The position numbers and the translations under genes are program-made. Shown one piece after another: positions 1 to 15,224 of a stretch of DNA of 64,000 nt. The DNA is taken from assembly GCA_951406725.2 (NCBI GenBank), contig OX597834.1:20150001-20214000 (forward strand). The letters run 5' to 3'. The first letter of the stretch is position 1; each line of letters begins with the position of its first letter. The notes below the pieces were generated by a model that saw only the letters and a program-made list of their open reading frames with translations, was not told where the DNA came from and made no database searches. This DNA is from Octopus vulgaris (taxonomy: Eukaryota).

Positions 1-171
1 TTTATGTTGTTATACTTGTTGGTGTGGTTTTTTATTACTATTCTTTTTTTTTTGTTGTTGCTAAGGGATGGAGGGAGGACACGTCCTCTATGCCATCTCT
101 GTTTTCTTCTGATTAATGTTATATATTTCCCATTTGCTTATCATTTCTCCTTTGTACTACCTCTGTACTAT

Positions 172-500
172 TAAACACACACACACACAAACCCGCACTG
201 AAGTTCACACATACACACTCACATACACAGACACACACATACACACACACAACCCCCCTCGCACTGAAGTTCACACATACACAGACGCGCACATACACCT
301 GCACACAAGTACGCATGCACAAGCTCACATATATATACACACATGCACGCACAAACACACACATGCATATAAATACACACGCATTCACATACGACCACAC
401 ATATGCACACGCATACATGAACACTTACACACACATACACCCAAGCACATACACATACTTACATGTACACAAACACACACATACGCATATACACATATGG
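172..500. repeat. (CA)n/(CATA)n compound microsatellite
   Basis: Degenerate CA/TA dinucleotide run; source of the His/Thr and Val/Cys pseudo-ORFs. Confidence 0.9.
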
Positions 501-566
501 ACATACCGACAAAAAAATTGTTTTTAATAAAATGTTTGTTTTTATTTGTACGTGGTTTTGTTGAGG

Positions 567-607
<41 letters not shown>

Positions 608-1530
608 CATCATCATCATTGAAGAATTAGAGGAAAAACAAAAATCAATAAATGTAGAGCGGGGTATTTTTTATGTCAGCAAGCTAGGGTGTGGAATGGT
701 AAACAGGAAATAAACATAGGAAATAAAATTATTGACAATTCCCCTCTCCTTCTTCTTCTTCTTCTTTTTCTTCTTCTTCTTCTTCTTCTTCTTCTTATTA
801 TTATTATTATCATTATCCTCATCATTATTATTATTATCATTATTATTACATTTTAGTTTTGCTTTAATTTATATGAGTTGCACCCAAATCTCAGCCAGAT
901 ATGTCAGGGGACAACAAAGTTTTACATCTGAAAGTGTGTGTGTGAGGGAGGATTCTAAAAAATGTAGATTTTGGTATGAAAAACCCTTTGTAAGGCTTAG
1001 TAGTATTTTTCCAAAATCAAATAAAATACTTCAGGCTTTGCTCCGTTGTGGGTATTTGTGTTGTTACTTCAATAATCTCACCATTATCAGATTTGACTTT
1101 CACCTGTCTTGAATGGCTGAGAATTAAATACCAGTCAAGTACTGGGGTTCATTTAAGTCGCTCTGCATTCCTATTTTTATCTTTTGCTTGTTTCAGTCAT
1201 TGGACTGCGGCCATACTGACACAGCCCCATGGCAACTTAGTGTTGCCAGCTACTATCCCAGGCTCTGCTGCTCATCAGACTGAGAAAAACAAACTGTCAA
1301 GATATCGGTTACAACAGGTTTATTGTCAAGCCTGCGGCAGTCGAGACCTCTGGCATTCTTGGCCCCTGGACCATATCCCTACTCACTGCTATCAGGGCAG
1401 AGATTTCCTCTCTACAAGTGATGGCCCTGTTGGTTAAAGTGGCTGTTTCAGTGTGTCTCCTTCTCTGTCCTCCAGGGAAATGCCTTTTCCATTTTGTCTG
1501 CTGGTGCCATGAGAATGGTAGGGGACACAA

Positions 1531-1763
1531 AGGTGGCGAGCTGGCAGAAATGTTAGCGCACCGGGCAAAATGCTTAGCGGTATTTCGTCTGTCGTTACGT
1601 TCTGAGTTCAAATTCCGCCGAGGTCGACTTTGCCTTTCATCCTCTCGGGGTCGATAATAAAGTATCAGTTTCGCACTGGGTCGATGTAATCGACTTAATC
1701 CCTTTGTCTGTCCTTGTTTGTCCCCTCTATGTCTAGCCCCCTGTGGGTAGTAAAGAAATAGGT
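1531..1763 (+). mobile_element. tRNA-derived SINE, family A (full length)
   Basis: Head GGCGAGCTGGCAGAA (A-box-like), GAGTTCAAATTCC (B-box), core GTCGACTTTGCCTTTCATCC..GGGGTCGATAA, tail ..AAAGAAATAGGTA. More than 10 related copies in the window. Confidence 0.85.
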
Positions 1764-4039
1764 AGGGAACAATTACATACACACACACATGACAAGATTC
1801 TTTCAGTTTCTATCTCTCATATCCACTGACAAGGCTTTGTTGAGCCTGGGGCTGTTATTAAAGACACTTGCCCAAGGTACCATACAGTGGGACTGAGCCA
1901 GAAACCAAGTGGTTGAAAGAAGTCAATTAACTCTGCACATATAAATATACATGTGTGTCTGTGTTTGTCTCCTTATCCTGACAGTTGGAGGATAGTCATA
2001 AACGAGCTTCACTGTCATACAACCAGTGTCCTTCATTTCCTATCTTACATGAAAACACGTCCAACTGTGGAGAAATATTACCTTGCTGGGAAGCAAGTGA
2101 AGGTTGGTAACAGGAAAGGCATCCAGCCATAGAAAATAGGCCTCAAGGAATTTCCTCCAATGCAAGCATGGATCAGTGGACACTAAAATGTTGAGGATGA
2201 TGATGATTGAGAAAATCTTTGCTTGCTAATAGCTCTATGTACAATGCCTCCAATGATTTCATAAAGCATTTAATTGTCATTATTGATGAAATCATTAATT
2301 ACTTAAACAAAATTGATGTTATGTAACCAAAATCAAAACAAAAACCATAACAACAACAGCAAAATAAGCAAATAGATATTTTATATTTTGTATCTGCCAT
2401 TCTCTATGGAACATCAGAACATTGGAATATTTGATGGATTGTTCTATCACCATAGAGCCATTTAATCAAACTTAGTTAAGAATATTTCAATAACTTCTCT
2501 AACAACAACAATCCCCATTGCAGAAATAAACTCAATGATCAATAAGTAAAACAAAACTCATCGAAAGAGCTTATTTCGTATGAGACTCCGACATTTTAAA
2601 AATTGTTCAACTTCCAACTACATAAACTGCTTTAAAAACATTCTCTATAACTACGTCACCACGCAGGTCTACAGCAGATTGTCAAAATTGTGACATTGCT
2701 TCAGGCACAGCAGATAGAAATTATCTTCCCAAATTAGATCTAATTCGATTTGCTTGCCGCAGCTGATGTTCCTGTTAAGATAAATGGTAAAACCAGGAAA
2801 TCAAAGAAATGGATCACAGCTTGATATTTCCCCCTATTTCACTCCTCAGTATAATCGCTCCTAACCTATGTGTCTTCTCCTTTGCCATTTGTCACTGTTA
2901 TTGCAAGAGCTTCTGTTCTTTGCCGATCATTCATTGGCTCTCTCATCCAGTGCCATTTTCAGAAAGTGGAGCCATGCTAATGAAATACCAATTCCTTCCC
3001 AGCTGTTTGAGGAATTTTCCAAGCCTTAAATGACTGAATCACTGCAAAACACTTTCTCTGCACAGCAGTCCATTCCACAGCCTACGAATTAAGGAAATAG
3101 GAAATCATTAATTCCTCTCCCTGAAGTATTGTGACCCTTCTGTCCTGTTCTTGACCCCTTCCTTAATTTAGATTTAGTGAGAAACAATTTCCAGTTCTCT
3201 TGGTCAGTGGAATGCTGGCTAGTTAACTGAAGGGTCAGCAGTTCAGATCTTTGTCAACCAGTCTATTGTGTCTCTAGTGAAAACACTTTGGTCTCAATGT
3301 TCCAGTTTAGCTAGCTATAAAAAGATACCATTATGAATTAATTCAATGTTTTCCAGCAGTGACCATCCAGTCTCATTTCTATATGTAGAGAATCCAGAAT
3401 TATATTAACGATATTATTATTAATTAATATTATGAATTTGCTGTTATGAGCACCATAGATCCTATAATTAATGAGTTTTTCATTAGGCAAACTTTTAATC
3501 TCCCAACAGTCTTGGAAAACTCCATTGGAAACTATTCCAATGAAACTCTATATACAATAAGAGTCAATGATGAAGCCTTTACATGGCCACACACTTTGCT
3601 AGATATAACAGCCAAATCTCCTTCACATCACATTCTATGGTAGTTATTTTTTTTTTTTTTTGTTATGACCATCCAGTCTGATAATATAGTTCTGGTAAGC
3701 TAGCAGAAACATTAGCATGCTGGACAAAACCCTTCGTGGCATTTCATCCACTATTATGTTTTAAAATCAGTTCTGCCTATCATCCTTTCCACCTCAATAA
3801 AACAAGAACTAGTCAAGTCCTGGGGGCAGGGTCAATGTGATTAACTAGCCCCCTCCCCAAAATTTCAGGCTTTGTGTCTGTAGTAGAAAGGGTTACTATT
3901 ATTATTATGATATGGAATGTTGAATTTGGATATGTAAGCACATATACATGTGTGTGTACATATGTTTATATATATTATATATATATATCTATATATATAT
4001 ATATATTCATAAAAACACACACACACATATATCATCATT

Positions 4040-4510
4040 ATCATCATCATCGTTTAAAGTCTTCCTTCCATGCTGGCATGGGCTGGACAGGTTGATAGGA
4101 ACTGGCCAGGCAGGAGCCTGTGCCACAATTCTGTTTGTTTTGGCATGGTTTTTACAGCTGGATGCCCTTCCTAACTCCAACCACTCTGCAGAGTGGGCTG
4201 AGTGCTTTTTAAGTGGCACTCATACAGGTGAGGTCAGTTTTTCAGGTGGATTTTACAGCTGGATGCTCTTCCAAATGCCTACCACTTTGCAGTGTGCACT
4301 GGGTGCTTTTTTTAAGTAACATCAGCACTGGTAGGGGTCACAAAGTGCCTTTGCAAGACAAAGCATCTTGGAGAGGGGTGAGGACATTGGAGGAGGTGAT
4401 CTCGTGTCAGATAATGAAAGATCAGAGTGTGACAGAGAAGCAGAAACAGATGTCTTGTTGTAGAGGAGGTCCATGGTTACCCAACCAGAAAGAGGGAGAG
4501 AGAGGGTAAG
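4040..4510 (-). mobile_element. RTE-LINE-related 3' tail repeat (family D) with 5' extension
   Basis: (CAT)n then TTCCATGCTGGCATGGG..GGATGCCCTTCCTAAC..CCACTC. The extension 4330-4500 matches 62510-62660 in the opposite orientation. Confidence 0.7.
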
Positions 4511-4547
4511 AGAGAGAGTGGGAGTTAAGAAGACGTGTGCCACTCTA

Positions 4548-4588
<41 letters not shown>

Positions 4589-4814
4589 TTTGTCTTTTAC
4601 TTTTTTCAGTCGTTCAAATGTGGCCATGCTGGGGCACCACTTTGAAGGGTTTTAGTCAAATAAATGAATGTCTATTACACATTTTTTAAGCCTGGTACTT
4701 GCTTTATCTTACCCTTGCTGAACCACTAAGTCAGTGAGATGCAAACAAACTAACACTGGCTGTCAAGCAATGATAGATGTCAGACACATACTCAAGGACA
4801 CACACACACACACA

Positions 4815-4873
<59 letters not shown>

Positions 4874-5290
4874 ATATGATGTGCCTCTTTCAGTAACCCT
4901 CTACCAAATCCACTCACAAGGTTTTGGTCAGCCAGGGTCGTAGCAGAAGATACTTGCCCAAGTTACCATTCCATGGCTTTGGTCAACTCGAGGATATAGT
5001 AGAAGACACTTACCCAGAGTACCAAGCAGTGGGACTGAATCCAGAACCATGTGGTTTGGAAGCAAACTTTTTACCACACAGCGGATATATGTATACATAC
5101 ATATGTATGTGTGTGTGCGTGCGAGTGTGTGTGTGTGTGTGTGTGTGTGCGTGTGTGTGTTTGTATAGTACACTTACACAAAACAATCGCCATATTCACT
5201 GATAAGACAGATTGAACAAAAGTCTGGTTAAAGGGAGAATTAGATATAAAAGTTGGTTACGCAGTAGAATTTGGATTTCAAAAACATCAA

Positions 5291-5340
<50 letters not shown>

Positions 5341-5541
5341 ACTTGGATAGATACATAATGGATAAGAGAAACGGAATTGATATACTATTTAAATATTCAA
5401 GTCTCGTTATAGCTACTCACATCAGAAAACATCAAATATTGATGAGTTTGTTTGCGTGTTTTATTTTGTTTGTGTTTTTGGTGGTTTGGTTCATTGGTTG
5501 GTTGGCTCGTTGGTCGGTTGGTCTGTTTTGTTTTTCTCATT

Positions 5542-5577
<36 letters not shown>

Positions 5578-6545
5578 GTTTGTTCAATCTGGCAATACGT
5601 TTATCTGTTGTACATGCTTACAAACATACACATAAGTATATCTCTACATACACACACATAAATAGAAATAATTTTCAAATTTTCTTATATATATTATATA
5701 TATATATATATATACATACACATATATATATATATACACACATATATATATAGATGTCTGAGCATGTGTGTGTAAAATTTTCATTCATGAACATACAAAC
5801 ACATATATGTATACACACACTCATACACACACATACATACATATATGCATCTATATATATATATATTTATATTTATATAAACACATACATACACAAGCAT
5901 ATATCCACATCTATATAAATATATACATTCATATATATACATATACAAATATGCATACATATACATTTATATACATGTATATACACATATATATAAATGT
6001 ATGTATATATATACACACACATATGTACATATATACACATACATTTATATACGAACATACATACACACACACACATATATATATATATGTCCACATGCAT
6101 AAGATTTTCCTATTTCATACATCTTTCCACTCACATACATATATATATCCACATACATTCATACGTTTATACAAACACACATACACACACTTCTACTTAC
6201 GCATTCCTAACTACACATAACCAACTTTACACACACACACACACACACACACCCGTATCAATACATTGTTTTTAAAAACAACAAAAGCTATTTATTACTT
6301 ATTCTCTCACAACTTCTCTCTTATCAGTGGCAAATGTAAATTTTTTTAAACTTACACAGGAGAAACACAAGACCAAAGAAACAAAAGTCCACTTGGACAA
6401 CAACAGAGATAGAAAGCCTGGTGAGATATAAAAATTTGGACTAAAATTAATGGCCAGATATATTATATAACAATATATAGGGTGAATAAATTTTGCAAAA
6501 AATATATTTTGAAGATAAGTATTATGCAAATGTATAAATAGGTAA

Positions 6546-6775
6546 CAGTGTGGCTGTGTGGTAAGAAGCTTGACTCTTAGTTACACGGTTCTGGGTTCAG
6601 TCCCACTTATGTGGCTCCTTGGGCAAGTGTCTTCTGCGAAAAACTTAGGCTGATCAAAACCTTGTGAGTGTATTTGGGAGACAGTAACTGAAAGAAGCCC
6701 ACCATATATATATATCTACATATGTGTGTGTCTGCGTGTATGTGTGTGTGTGTATGTGTATGTGTGTGTGCGTGT

Positions 6776-6816
<41 letters not shown>

Positions 6817-7060
6817 TGTGTGTCTATCTGTGTCCCCCACAACGAGGGTTCCAGTTGATGTGATCAACGGAATAGCCTGCTCGTGAAATTAACATGTAAG
6901 TGGCTGAGCATTCCACAGACATGTGTACCCTTAACGTAGTTCTCAGGGAGAGTCAGCATGACACAGAATGTAACAAGGCAGGCCCCTTTGAATTTCAGGT
7001 GCAACAGAAACATGAAGGAAGAGTGAGAGAAAGTTTTGGTGAAAGAGTACAGCAGGGTTC
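6546..7060 (+). mobile_element. Family B SINE 5' part interrupted by a minus-strand family C tail fragment (~6843-7060)
   Basis: GTGGCTGTGTGGTAAGAAGCTT..GGTTCAGTCCCACT..CTTGGGCAAGTGTCTT head, then sequence matching 15495-15675. Confidence 0.7.
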
Positions 7061-7094
<34 letters not shown>

Positions 7095-7180
7095 AGGCAA
7101 ACAGGCAGACAGATCAATGCACATCAACATGTAGATTGCCAGAAATGGTTAGGTGGTGGGGACAAACAGACACAAAGATA

Positions 7181-7221
<41 letters not shown>

Positions 7222-7495
7222 TGTACACCCACGCATACATTCATATATACATACATATATGTATATATTCATTTATTCTTTGACTTGTTTCAGTCATTTT
7301 AATTGTGTCCATGCTGGAGCACCGCCTTTAGTCAAGTAAATCAACCCCAGGACTTATTCTTTGTAAGCCTAGTACTTATTCTATCAGTCTCTTTTGCCAA
7401 ACCGCTAAGTTACAGGGATGTAAACACACCAGCATCGGTTGTCAAGCGATGTTGGGGAGACAAACGCAAACACACAAACATATACACACACGCAC

Positions 7496-7566
<71 letters not shown>

Positions 7567-7819
7567 TAGCAGTCGTACATATAACTGTACACACAATATA
7601 TACAATATATATTTATCATCATCATTTAGCATCTGGACAGTTTGCCAGGAGCTGACAAAACCGGGACGCACAAGGTTTCATAGTCTGTTTTTGTACGTTT
7701 TCTGCATGCCTTTCTTATGCCAACCACCTTAAAGAGTGTGTGGGGTGGGTACATTTTATGTGGCACCAGTAGATGTGCTTTGCATGTAGCACCAGGACCA
7801 GTGCTTTTTACATGGTGTA

Positions 7820-7850
<31 letters not shown>

Positions 7851-8254
7851 TCATAGAAAAAATACAGTGTGCATTTAAACACATAAGAGATGACCATAAT
7901 AGGACATCTGACTCACTAGAAAGAGCAGTTAAAACTCCAAGCCTCTAATAGTTGCAATTCTGAAACATTTACCCTATCTTTCCTGGACTATGCATAATTT
8001 CTGCAATCTTGTATAAATCAAAATAAAATAATTTTAATTTACAACTGGCATTGCTTCATCAGCAGGATGCCAGGGTTCACATATAGACAGGAGGCGATAA
8101 AGAATGTGCCTCGTGTCTATATGTTATAATTTTTTGAATCCTCCATGCAAATGTGGAACTATCTATCTATCTATCTATATATGTATATATATATTTATAT
8201 GATTTTGATTTGATTTTTCCAGTTTCAGCTCATGAGCTGTGGCCATATATATAT

Positions 8255-8453
8255 ATTAGAAAAATCCACCTTTTATCAATTCAAAATGAACATTTAAATT
8301 AAACCATCTAGAAAATTACATATAATAGAGATATTAAAAATAAACAGCATATTATTGTGTTTTTTTTTTTTTAATATTTCTATTATATGTAATTTTCTAG
8401 ATGGTGTAATTTAATTGTTTATTTTGAATTGATAAAAGGTGTTTTTTTCTAAT
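8255..8453. repeat. Imperfect long inverted repeat (foldback, ~85-bp arms)
   Basis: ATTAGAAAAATCCACCTTTTATCAATTCAAAAT..CCATCTAGAAAATTACATATAATAG mirrored by CTATTATATGTAATTTTCTAGATGG..ATTTTGAATTGATAAAAGGTG..TTTTCTAAT. Confidence 0.85.
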
Positions 8454-9041
8454 TTTTATATATATATATTATATTTTGTGAAATTTGATTTAGTATTTCT
8501 AAATTGAATTTTTCCCTGTAAGTTAGGAATAATATTCCCTCAAATAATTATATATATACATAGATGTCTTCAACTTCTTTCTTTTGTGTAAAGAACAAAC
8601 TGTTATATTATCCAATATATTTCAATAAAATACGATAAAGGGAGTTATTTTAAAGGAAAAAAACATTCAGTAAAATTAAATAAAATGAAAAAAGGTGAAA
8701 AATAAACTCTTTGATCCTGGTTTATTCCCCTTAAAAGTTCCAAAGAACGAACAATAAGGGATATTTTGTCTTGCACTAAATTGAAATACATATGTAATAT
8801 AATATATAAACATACATACATACATATACACACACACATGTGTAGATACATACATATCTATATATGCACGCACACATATTGTTATTAGTTTACATATTTG
8901 AAAATCTGTTACATGCATCCATACAAACACACACACACACACACATATATAATATATATATATATAGAGAGATATAGATATATAGATGTGTATAAATACA
9001 TATTTGTATATTTAAACACACTTGCAGTCTCACACACTCAT

Positions 9042-9075
<34 letters not shown>

Positions 9076-10050
9076 CACCAACACAACACCAACATGTAAC
9101 TTTTCTGAATGTATGTTTTCAATATTTAATATGTTGTATGTTTACAAAAACCCTTGCTGACAGCAACAACACCAACAACAGTATTGCAATTTTTTAATTT
9201 CCTTCATGTGTGAAATAAAGTCTGCCCTAAAACAGATATTAAATAAACAATTTTCAGGAAAATTTTTCTTATTCTTCTCGTTGCTGTTAAAGTTAGTTTC
9301 TTTCTCAGACACTATTAGCTGATGGAGATCATGTGGCTTTCATCTCTTTCTTTAATGTATTTTCTCCATAAGTGGTGACTGGCATGGTTGGATACTTTGC
9401 AATCAAACGGTCTTGGGGTAAGTTTATTGTACAGTACCATGGGTAACTGTCTTCTACTATAGTCCCTCCCCCTCCGCAGAGACTGACCAATGCCCTTGTG
9501 AGGGAATTTGGAAGATGGAAACTGTGAAGAATCCCTTCATGTGTGTCTTTGTGTCTGTGTTTGTCCTCATCATCACCACTAGAAGGCCAGAGTTAGTTTG
9601 TTTACATCCCTATAACCGAGCATTTCAGCAAAAGAGACCTGTGAGAAATGTAATCAGACTTGAAAAAGAAAAAAAAGAAAAGAAAAGAAACAAAAAATAA
9701 CAGAATAAGTACTGAGGTCAGTTTATTTATCTAAAACTCTTCGATTCAGTGCCCCAGCAAGGCCACAGTCCAACACCTGAAACTAGTGAAAGGTAAAAGA
9801 TAGGAGATATGTGAAAGCAGGATACAAGTTACCAAGTGACATGCATTAATGAGTGAAAATCATCGAAGCTTTTTTTTTATCTCTCTCCTGAAGGTCATTT
9901 GGTACTTTGTCTGTGATTTATGAAGTCCACTCTGTTATCATTATTTAACATACATCTTTGGTCTGGTCTGGTCTGACAACAACTTACATTCTCCTCCCAC
10001 CAGTTGCAGAATCCCTGAAGAAGATCACAGGGTCTGACCCTTTTTTTACT

Positions 10051-10111
<61 letters not shown>

Positions 10112-10757
10112 TATATAAATGTAGATGTGGCCCTGTGGTAAGAAGTGTTCTTCTCAACCACATGGTTCCGGGTTCAGTCACACTGTGTGGAACTTTGAGC
10201 AAGTGCCTTCCAGTATACACCAGATCGGATGCTTTACAAAACATGATGAACATTATTCTCAGACTTTTCAATGGCAATACTGCGGGACATTGGAAACAGA
10301 AACGGCTGTTAGATGGGATAAAGTTTTGCATTAAAAAGTTATAATTGATGTTAGTCAATTGTTGTTGATCAAATTTTCTCCATTTTGTGCTTATATATAT
10401 ATATATATATATATGAATGTGTGTGTGTGTGTGTGTGTATGAGTGCATATATATATATATATAGTGTGGATGTGTGATCGTGACATCGTGGTTTCAATTC
10501 CTAGACCAATCGATGTGTTGTGTTCTTGGGCAAAACAATACATTTCACATTTGTTCTGCAATTACTTCACCACCTGATGCGTGGTACACTGTGCCCCTGT
10601 TCAGGCAACGTCTAGTTGATGGAGGGAGTGAGCTGAAGTAGAGCACATGCATTTGATCTCCACAAGCAATTCATTTGTGCTGGTTGTTTGTCAAAAGCTG
10701 AATGCTGATACATCATTTTTGACAAGAGAAGCCATCAGGCATGTGTGTGCATGTGTA

Positions 10758-10792
<35 letters not shown>

Positions 10793-11419
10793 TTATTCAG
10801 TTTTATTTCAGTATTTGTTGCCAATAGAAGTTGCATGTATGTATGTGTGTGTATGTGTGTGTGTGTGTGTGTGTGTGAAGTGTCTTTGTGTATGTGTTTG
10901 TCCCCCACCAACTTTGTTCCCCGCCACTGCTTCCCAACCGGTGTTGGTTTGTTTAAGTCCCTGTAACATAGCATCTCAGCAAAAAAAGAGACTAACAGAA
11001 TAAGTACGTAGGTTTGAAATACAAATAAGTGCTGGGATTGATTCATTCGACAAAAAATTCTTCGATGTGGTGCCCCAGCATGGCCACGATCTAATGACTG
11101 AAAGCAAGCAAAAACTATAAAAAAAAAGAAAGAAATAAACAGATTACAGTATTAAAGAAACAATTATTTTTGCCATGAAACACACACAAAAAAAAATGAA
11201 GTGTGTGCCGCCCATTACGAGAATTGAACTCATTAATATGAGATGTTGTTGTCTTCTGAAAGTGAAATGGTTATGGAAGAATGGTCCATGAATATTTCAG
11301 TGTTGTTCTGTGGCTGGTTTTGTTTAGCCCCACCCTCTACTGTCTGTCAATGGAGAGGTCATTGCAGGAGCATTGCAGGAAGAATATTTCTTTAGCAGCA
11401 GCGCTACCATACTAGGCAT

Positions 11420-11564
11420 TCCTTTTCTTTCTTTCTCTCTTTGTTTGTTTGTTTCTTTCTTTCCTTCTTTCTTACTTTTGTTTGTTTGTTTCTTTGTCTT
11501 TCTTTCTGCCTTTGTTTGCTTATTTGTTTGTTTCTTTTCTTCTTTCTTTCTTTCTTTCTTTTTT

Positions 11565-11595
<31 letters not shown>

Positions 11596-11670
11596 GTCTT
11601 TCTTTCTTTCTTTCTTTCTTACTGTCTTCGTTTGTTTCATTCTTTCTATCTTTGTTTGTTTGTTTTTCTC

Positions 11671-11704
<34 letters not shown>

Positions 11705-12210
11705 TTGTTGTTTTCCTTTTCGTAATTACTAATAAATATTATTACGCGTCTGTCTGTTTGTCACAATCATCTCCACTACCACCAACACCACCAGCACCAA
11801 TATCATCACCACAACCGTCATCTCTACCACCAATACTGTTACTCTCATCATCATCATCATCATCTCTGCCAATACCACCACCATCACTTTTACTACTACT
11901 ACTACTATTACTACTGCAACCACCACCATCATCACCACAACTAACAATGTCATCACCAATTCTGCTGCCATCACCATCACCACTACTAATAACATCACCA
12001 CCACCACCACCATCAACACAACCACCATCTTCTTCATCCTCGCCACCATCACTACCACCATCTCCACCATCACCACCACCACCACTGCCGCTACCCCCAT
12101 CACCAGTACTACCATCATCATTGTCTTCACCACCCCAGCCACTTCCACTATAACCGCCATTGCCACCACCACCTATCATCATCATCAGCAGCAGCAGCAA
12201 CAGCAGCATC
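11420..12210. repeat. (TTTC)n/(TTTG)n followed by (CAC/CAT/CTA)n low-complexity tract
   Basis: Simple repeats seen directly; explains the Phe/Leu and Pro/Ser ORFs. Confidence 0.9.
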
Positions 12211-12539
12211 TTTGTATTCTTCTGTTCTCAAATAATCATCAATTATCCGAAAGTGATCATACTTGTAGCATTGTCCCCAAAGGCACAGATAATTCTTTCG
12301 GAATGCCACTCCATTCAGGGTGGAGTGGCATTTTCAATATAATCAGCTGCACCCTTATACAGTGGTATTTATTCTGATCAACCTCAGAGGAATGAAAGAC
12401 CAAATTTGACCTATGTGGCATTTGATCTCAAAACATGAAAAGAATATGCCTAAATATCAGAAGGTATTTTTTTCCAGTATTCTAATGTTCTAACACACCA
12501 AGGCAGTGCCCTAGTTTAATGACTAGTTACCTTCAGATA

Positions 12540-13030
12540 AAGTTACCTTCTTAAGGGCTGGCTTCCCAGTTTCCATGATGTGTGAATCCCCCACCTGGAT
12601 GGGACACCGGTCTTTTGCATGATTACTCTTTTTTACCAGTCGAGTGGAGCAACGTGAAATGATGTATTTTGCTCAAGAATACAATGCATTGCCCAGTCCA
12701 GGAATTGAACCCACAATATTACAATCATCAGTCCAACACCCTTACCACTAAGCCATGCACCTCCACAAAAGGTAAAGTTTCCTTCCCAAGTCATACTGAC
12801 TCATAAGGGCCAGTTTTCTGGTTTTCCGGTTTCCATGGTGTATATTTCCCCACCTGGATGGGATGCCGGTCTATCACAGGATGACTCACTTTTGCCGGCT
12901 AAGTGGACTTAGGCAACGTGAAATATTGTGTATTGCTCAAGAACAAAATGTATTGCCTGCACCAGGAATTGAAACCACAATCTTACAATTTCAAGTCCAA
13001 CATCCTCACCACTAAGCCACGTAGCTTCAC
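12540..13030 (-). mobile_element. Two tandem copies of tRNA-derived SINE family E
   Basis: On the minus strand each has TGGCTTAGTGGT..TTGGACT..GTTCAATTCCTGG-like head, CTTGAGCAA and (G)TCCCATCCAGGTGGGG..CATGGAAAC. Units ~12540-12765 and ~12770-13030. Confidence 0.65.
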
Positions 13031-14619
13031 CATAGTTTAATGACTGAGGCAAGTCAAAGATTAAAAACATGAAAGAGATTACCGCTGCTGCTGCTGCTAC
13101 TGCTGCTGCTACTGCTGCTACTGTGCTGTCCATGGTCCTATATTGTTCTTTGTTTCCCTGCCACATGGTTTGCCAGTGCCACATAAAGAGCACTCAGTCT
13201 GCTCTACAGAGTGGTTGGTGTTAGGAAGGGCACCCAGCTGTGAAAAACCCTGCCAAAAAACAGCCACAGTAGCCCAGGGGTTAGTTTTCTACTTGGCTGG
13301 CTCCTGTCAACCGTCCTACCGACCCGTGCATGCATGGAAGACCAGGCATTAAACAATGACGACTATGAAGATGATGTTGCTAATGATGATGATGATGATG
13401 ATGATCATCATCATCATCATGGTCACCCTCCCATTGGCATTATGTCACTGGATGAGAAGAAAACCAAAAACAGAAAAAAATACAGGCATCTAGACATGCA
13501 CCCCCACCCACACCCACCCAACTCTTGCAATCCTCGCAAAATAATCATGCAAAGCAAAAACCAAAGAAGTGCCACAGAGTGCCTCAGAGCCCCACAAAGT
13601 GCCAACATTTCATACATTGTGACATGATGCAATATTTTTGCTCCATTTTATCTATTTATTCACTTGTTTATTTATTTATTTATTTATCTATTTATTTATT
13701 CCTATATTTACGTATTTTTGCATCAGTTTCCTCCTCAGCACGTGTAGATATTTAAAATCAAATTAAAAGGTAATTGATCGTTATCTAATTAGTAAATTCC
13801 GGCAGTCATTCATTTTATTTTGATTTCTACCAGCACCAAAAACATAGATGACTAACGAACAACCAACACTATATCATTGACCCTTTATGTATTTGTTTTT
13901 GCTTGTTTTAACACCTTTTGTTGTTGTCATTGTTGTTGTTGTTGTTGTTGTTGGTGATGGTGGTGGTCGTGGTAGTGGTGTTGTTGTTAACCTTGTTAAA
14001 GTCATATCCCTCTGTCCGAACACCAGCGACGCGATGCAGCTCTGAAAGGATTTATCAAATGCCATCATCACATTACAGTTAATTTTTAATTTCTGATTTT
14101 TGCCTTCATGAAACTCCACTACCACCGCCACCACCACCAACCACTACAACCACCACCTCCAATACCCCATCACCATCACCACCAAAACATTTTTAAAAAA
14201 TGAAAAATTGAAAAAAAAACAACCAAAAAACCCATGAATGAAAGAAGCAAATATGCTTTCCTCCAGATTTTAAATTAATTATATTTAAATTATAAATAAA
14301 TTGAAATAAATTATATGAAGACAGTGAAAAGAACTTTTTTTTAAACTGAGAAGCAAGAGGCAGAAAAAGAGCCAGGAAGAGACACACATCAGAAGGTAGT
14401 GGTGGTTGTGGTGGTGGTGGTGGTTGTGGTAGGTGTGATGACAACGGAGGTTGAGGTGGTGGTGCTAGGGGTTGTCGCAATTGTCACTGTCACCATGGTG
14501 CTGGTGGTTCTTTGTTAAAGAGAATAAAATTATAATTCCTGAAAAGCAACCAGCAGAATAATTCCAAAAAATAACACACAAATTTTGTGTGTAAATGATT
14601 TAGACTTGCGATTATTTAC

Positions 14620-14675
14620 AGCTATTATTATCATTATTATTATCATTATTATTATCATTATTATCATTATTATCA

Positions 14676-14730
<55 letters not shown>

Positions 14731-14750
14731 CATTATTATTATCATTATTA
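14620..14750. repeat. (ATT)n microsatellite
   Basis: Seen directly. Confidence 0.95.
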
Positions 14751-14993
14751 AGGTGGTGGATTGGCAAAATTGTTAGCACGCTGAACGAAATGCTTAGTGG
14801 TATTTCGCCCATTGCTATGTTCTAGGTTCAAATTCTGCCGAGGTCAAATTAGCTTTTCACCCTTTTCGGGGTCGATAAATTAAGTACCAGTGAAACAATG
14901 GTGGTCGATGTAATTGACTCATCCCCTCCGCCAAAATGGTTACCCTTGTGGCAAAATTTGAAACCATTATTACTTTTATCATTTTTATTATGG

Positions 14994-15043
<50 letters not shown>

Positions 15044-15224
15044 GTTATTATTATCATTATTATTATTATTATTATTGATGATGATGATAATAATAATAAG
15101 ACGAGCTGGCAGAATCATTAGCATACCAGGCAAAATGCTTAGGGGCATTTTGTCCACCTTTATGCAATGAGTTCAAATTCTGCTGAGGTCAACTTTGCTT
15201 TTCATCCTTTCAAGGTCGATAAAT

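Noticed and set aside
11449-12209. Pro/Ser-rich (extensin-like) and Gly/Asp-rich ORFs
   Set aside because: Products of (TTTC)n and (CAC/CAT)n simple repeats.
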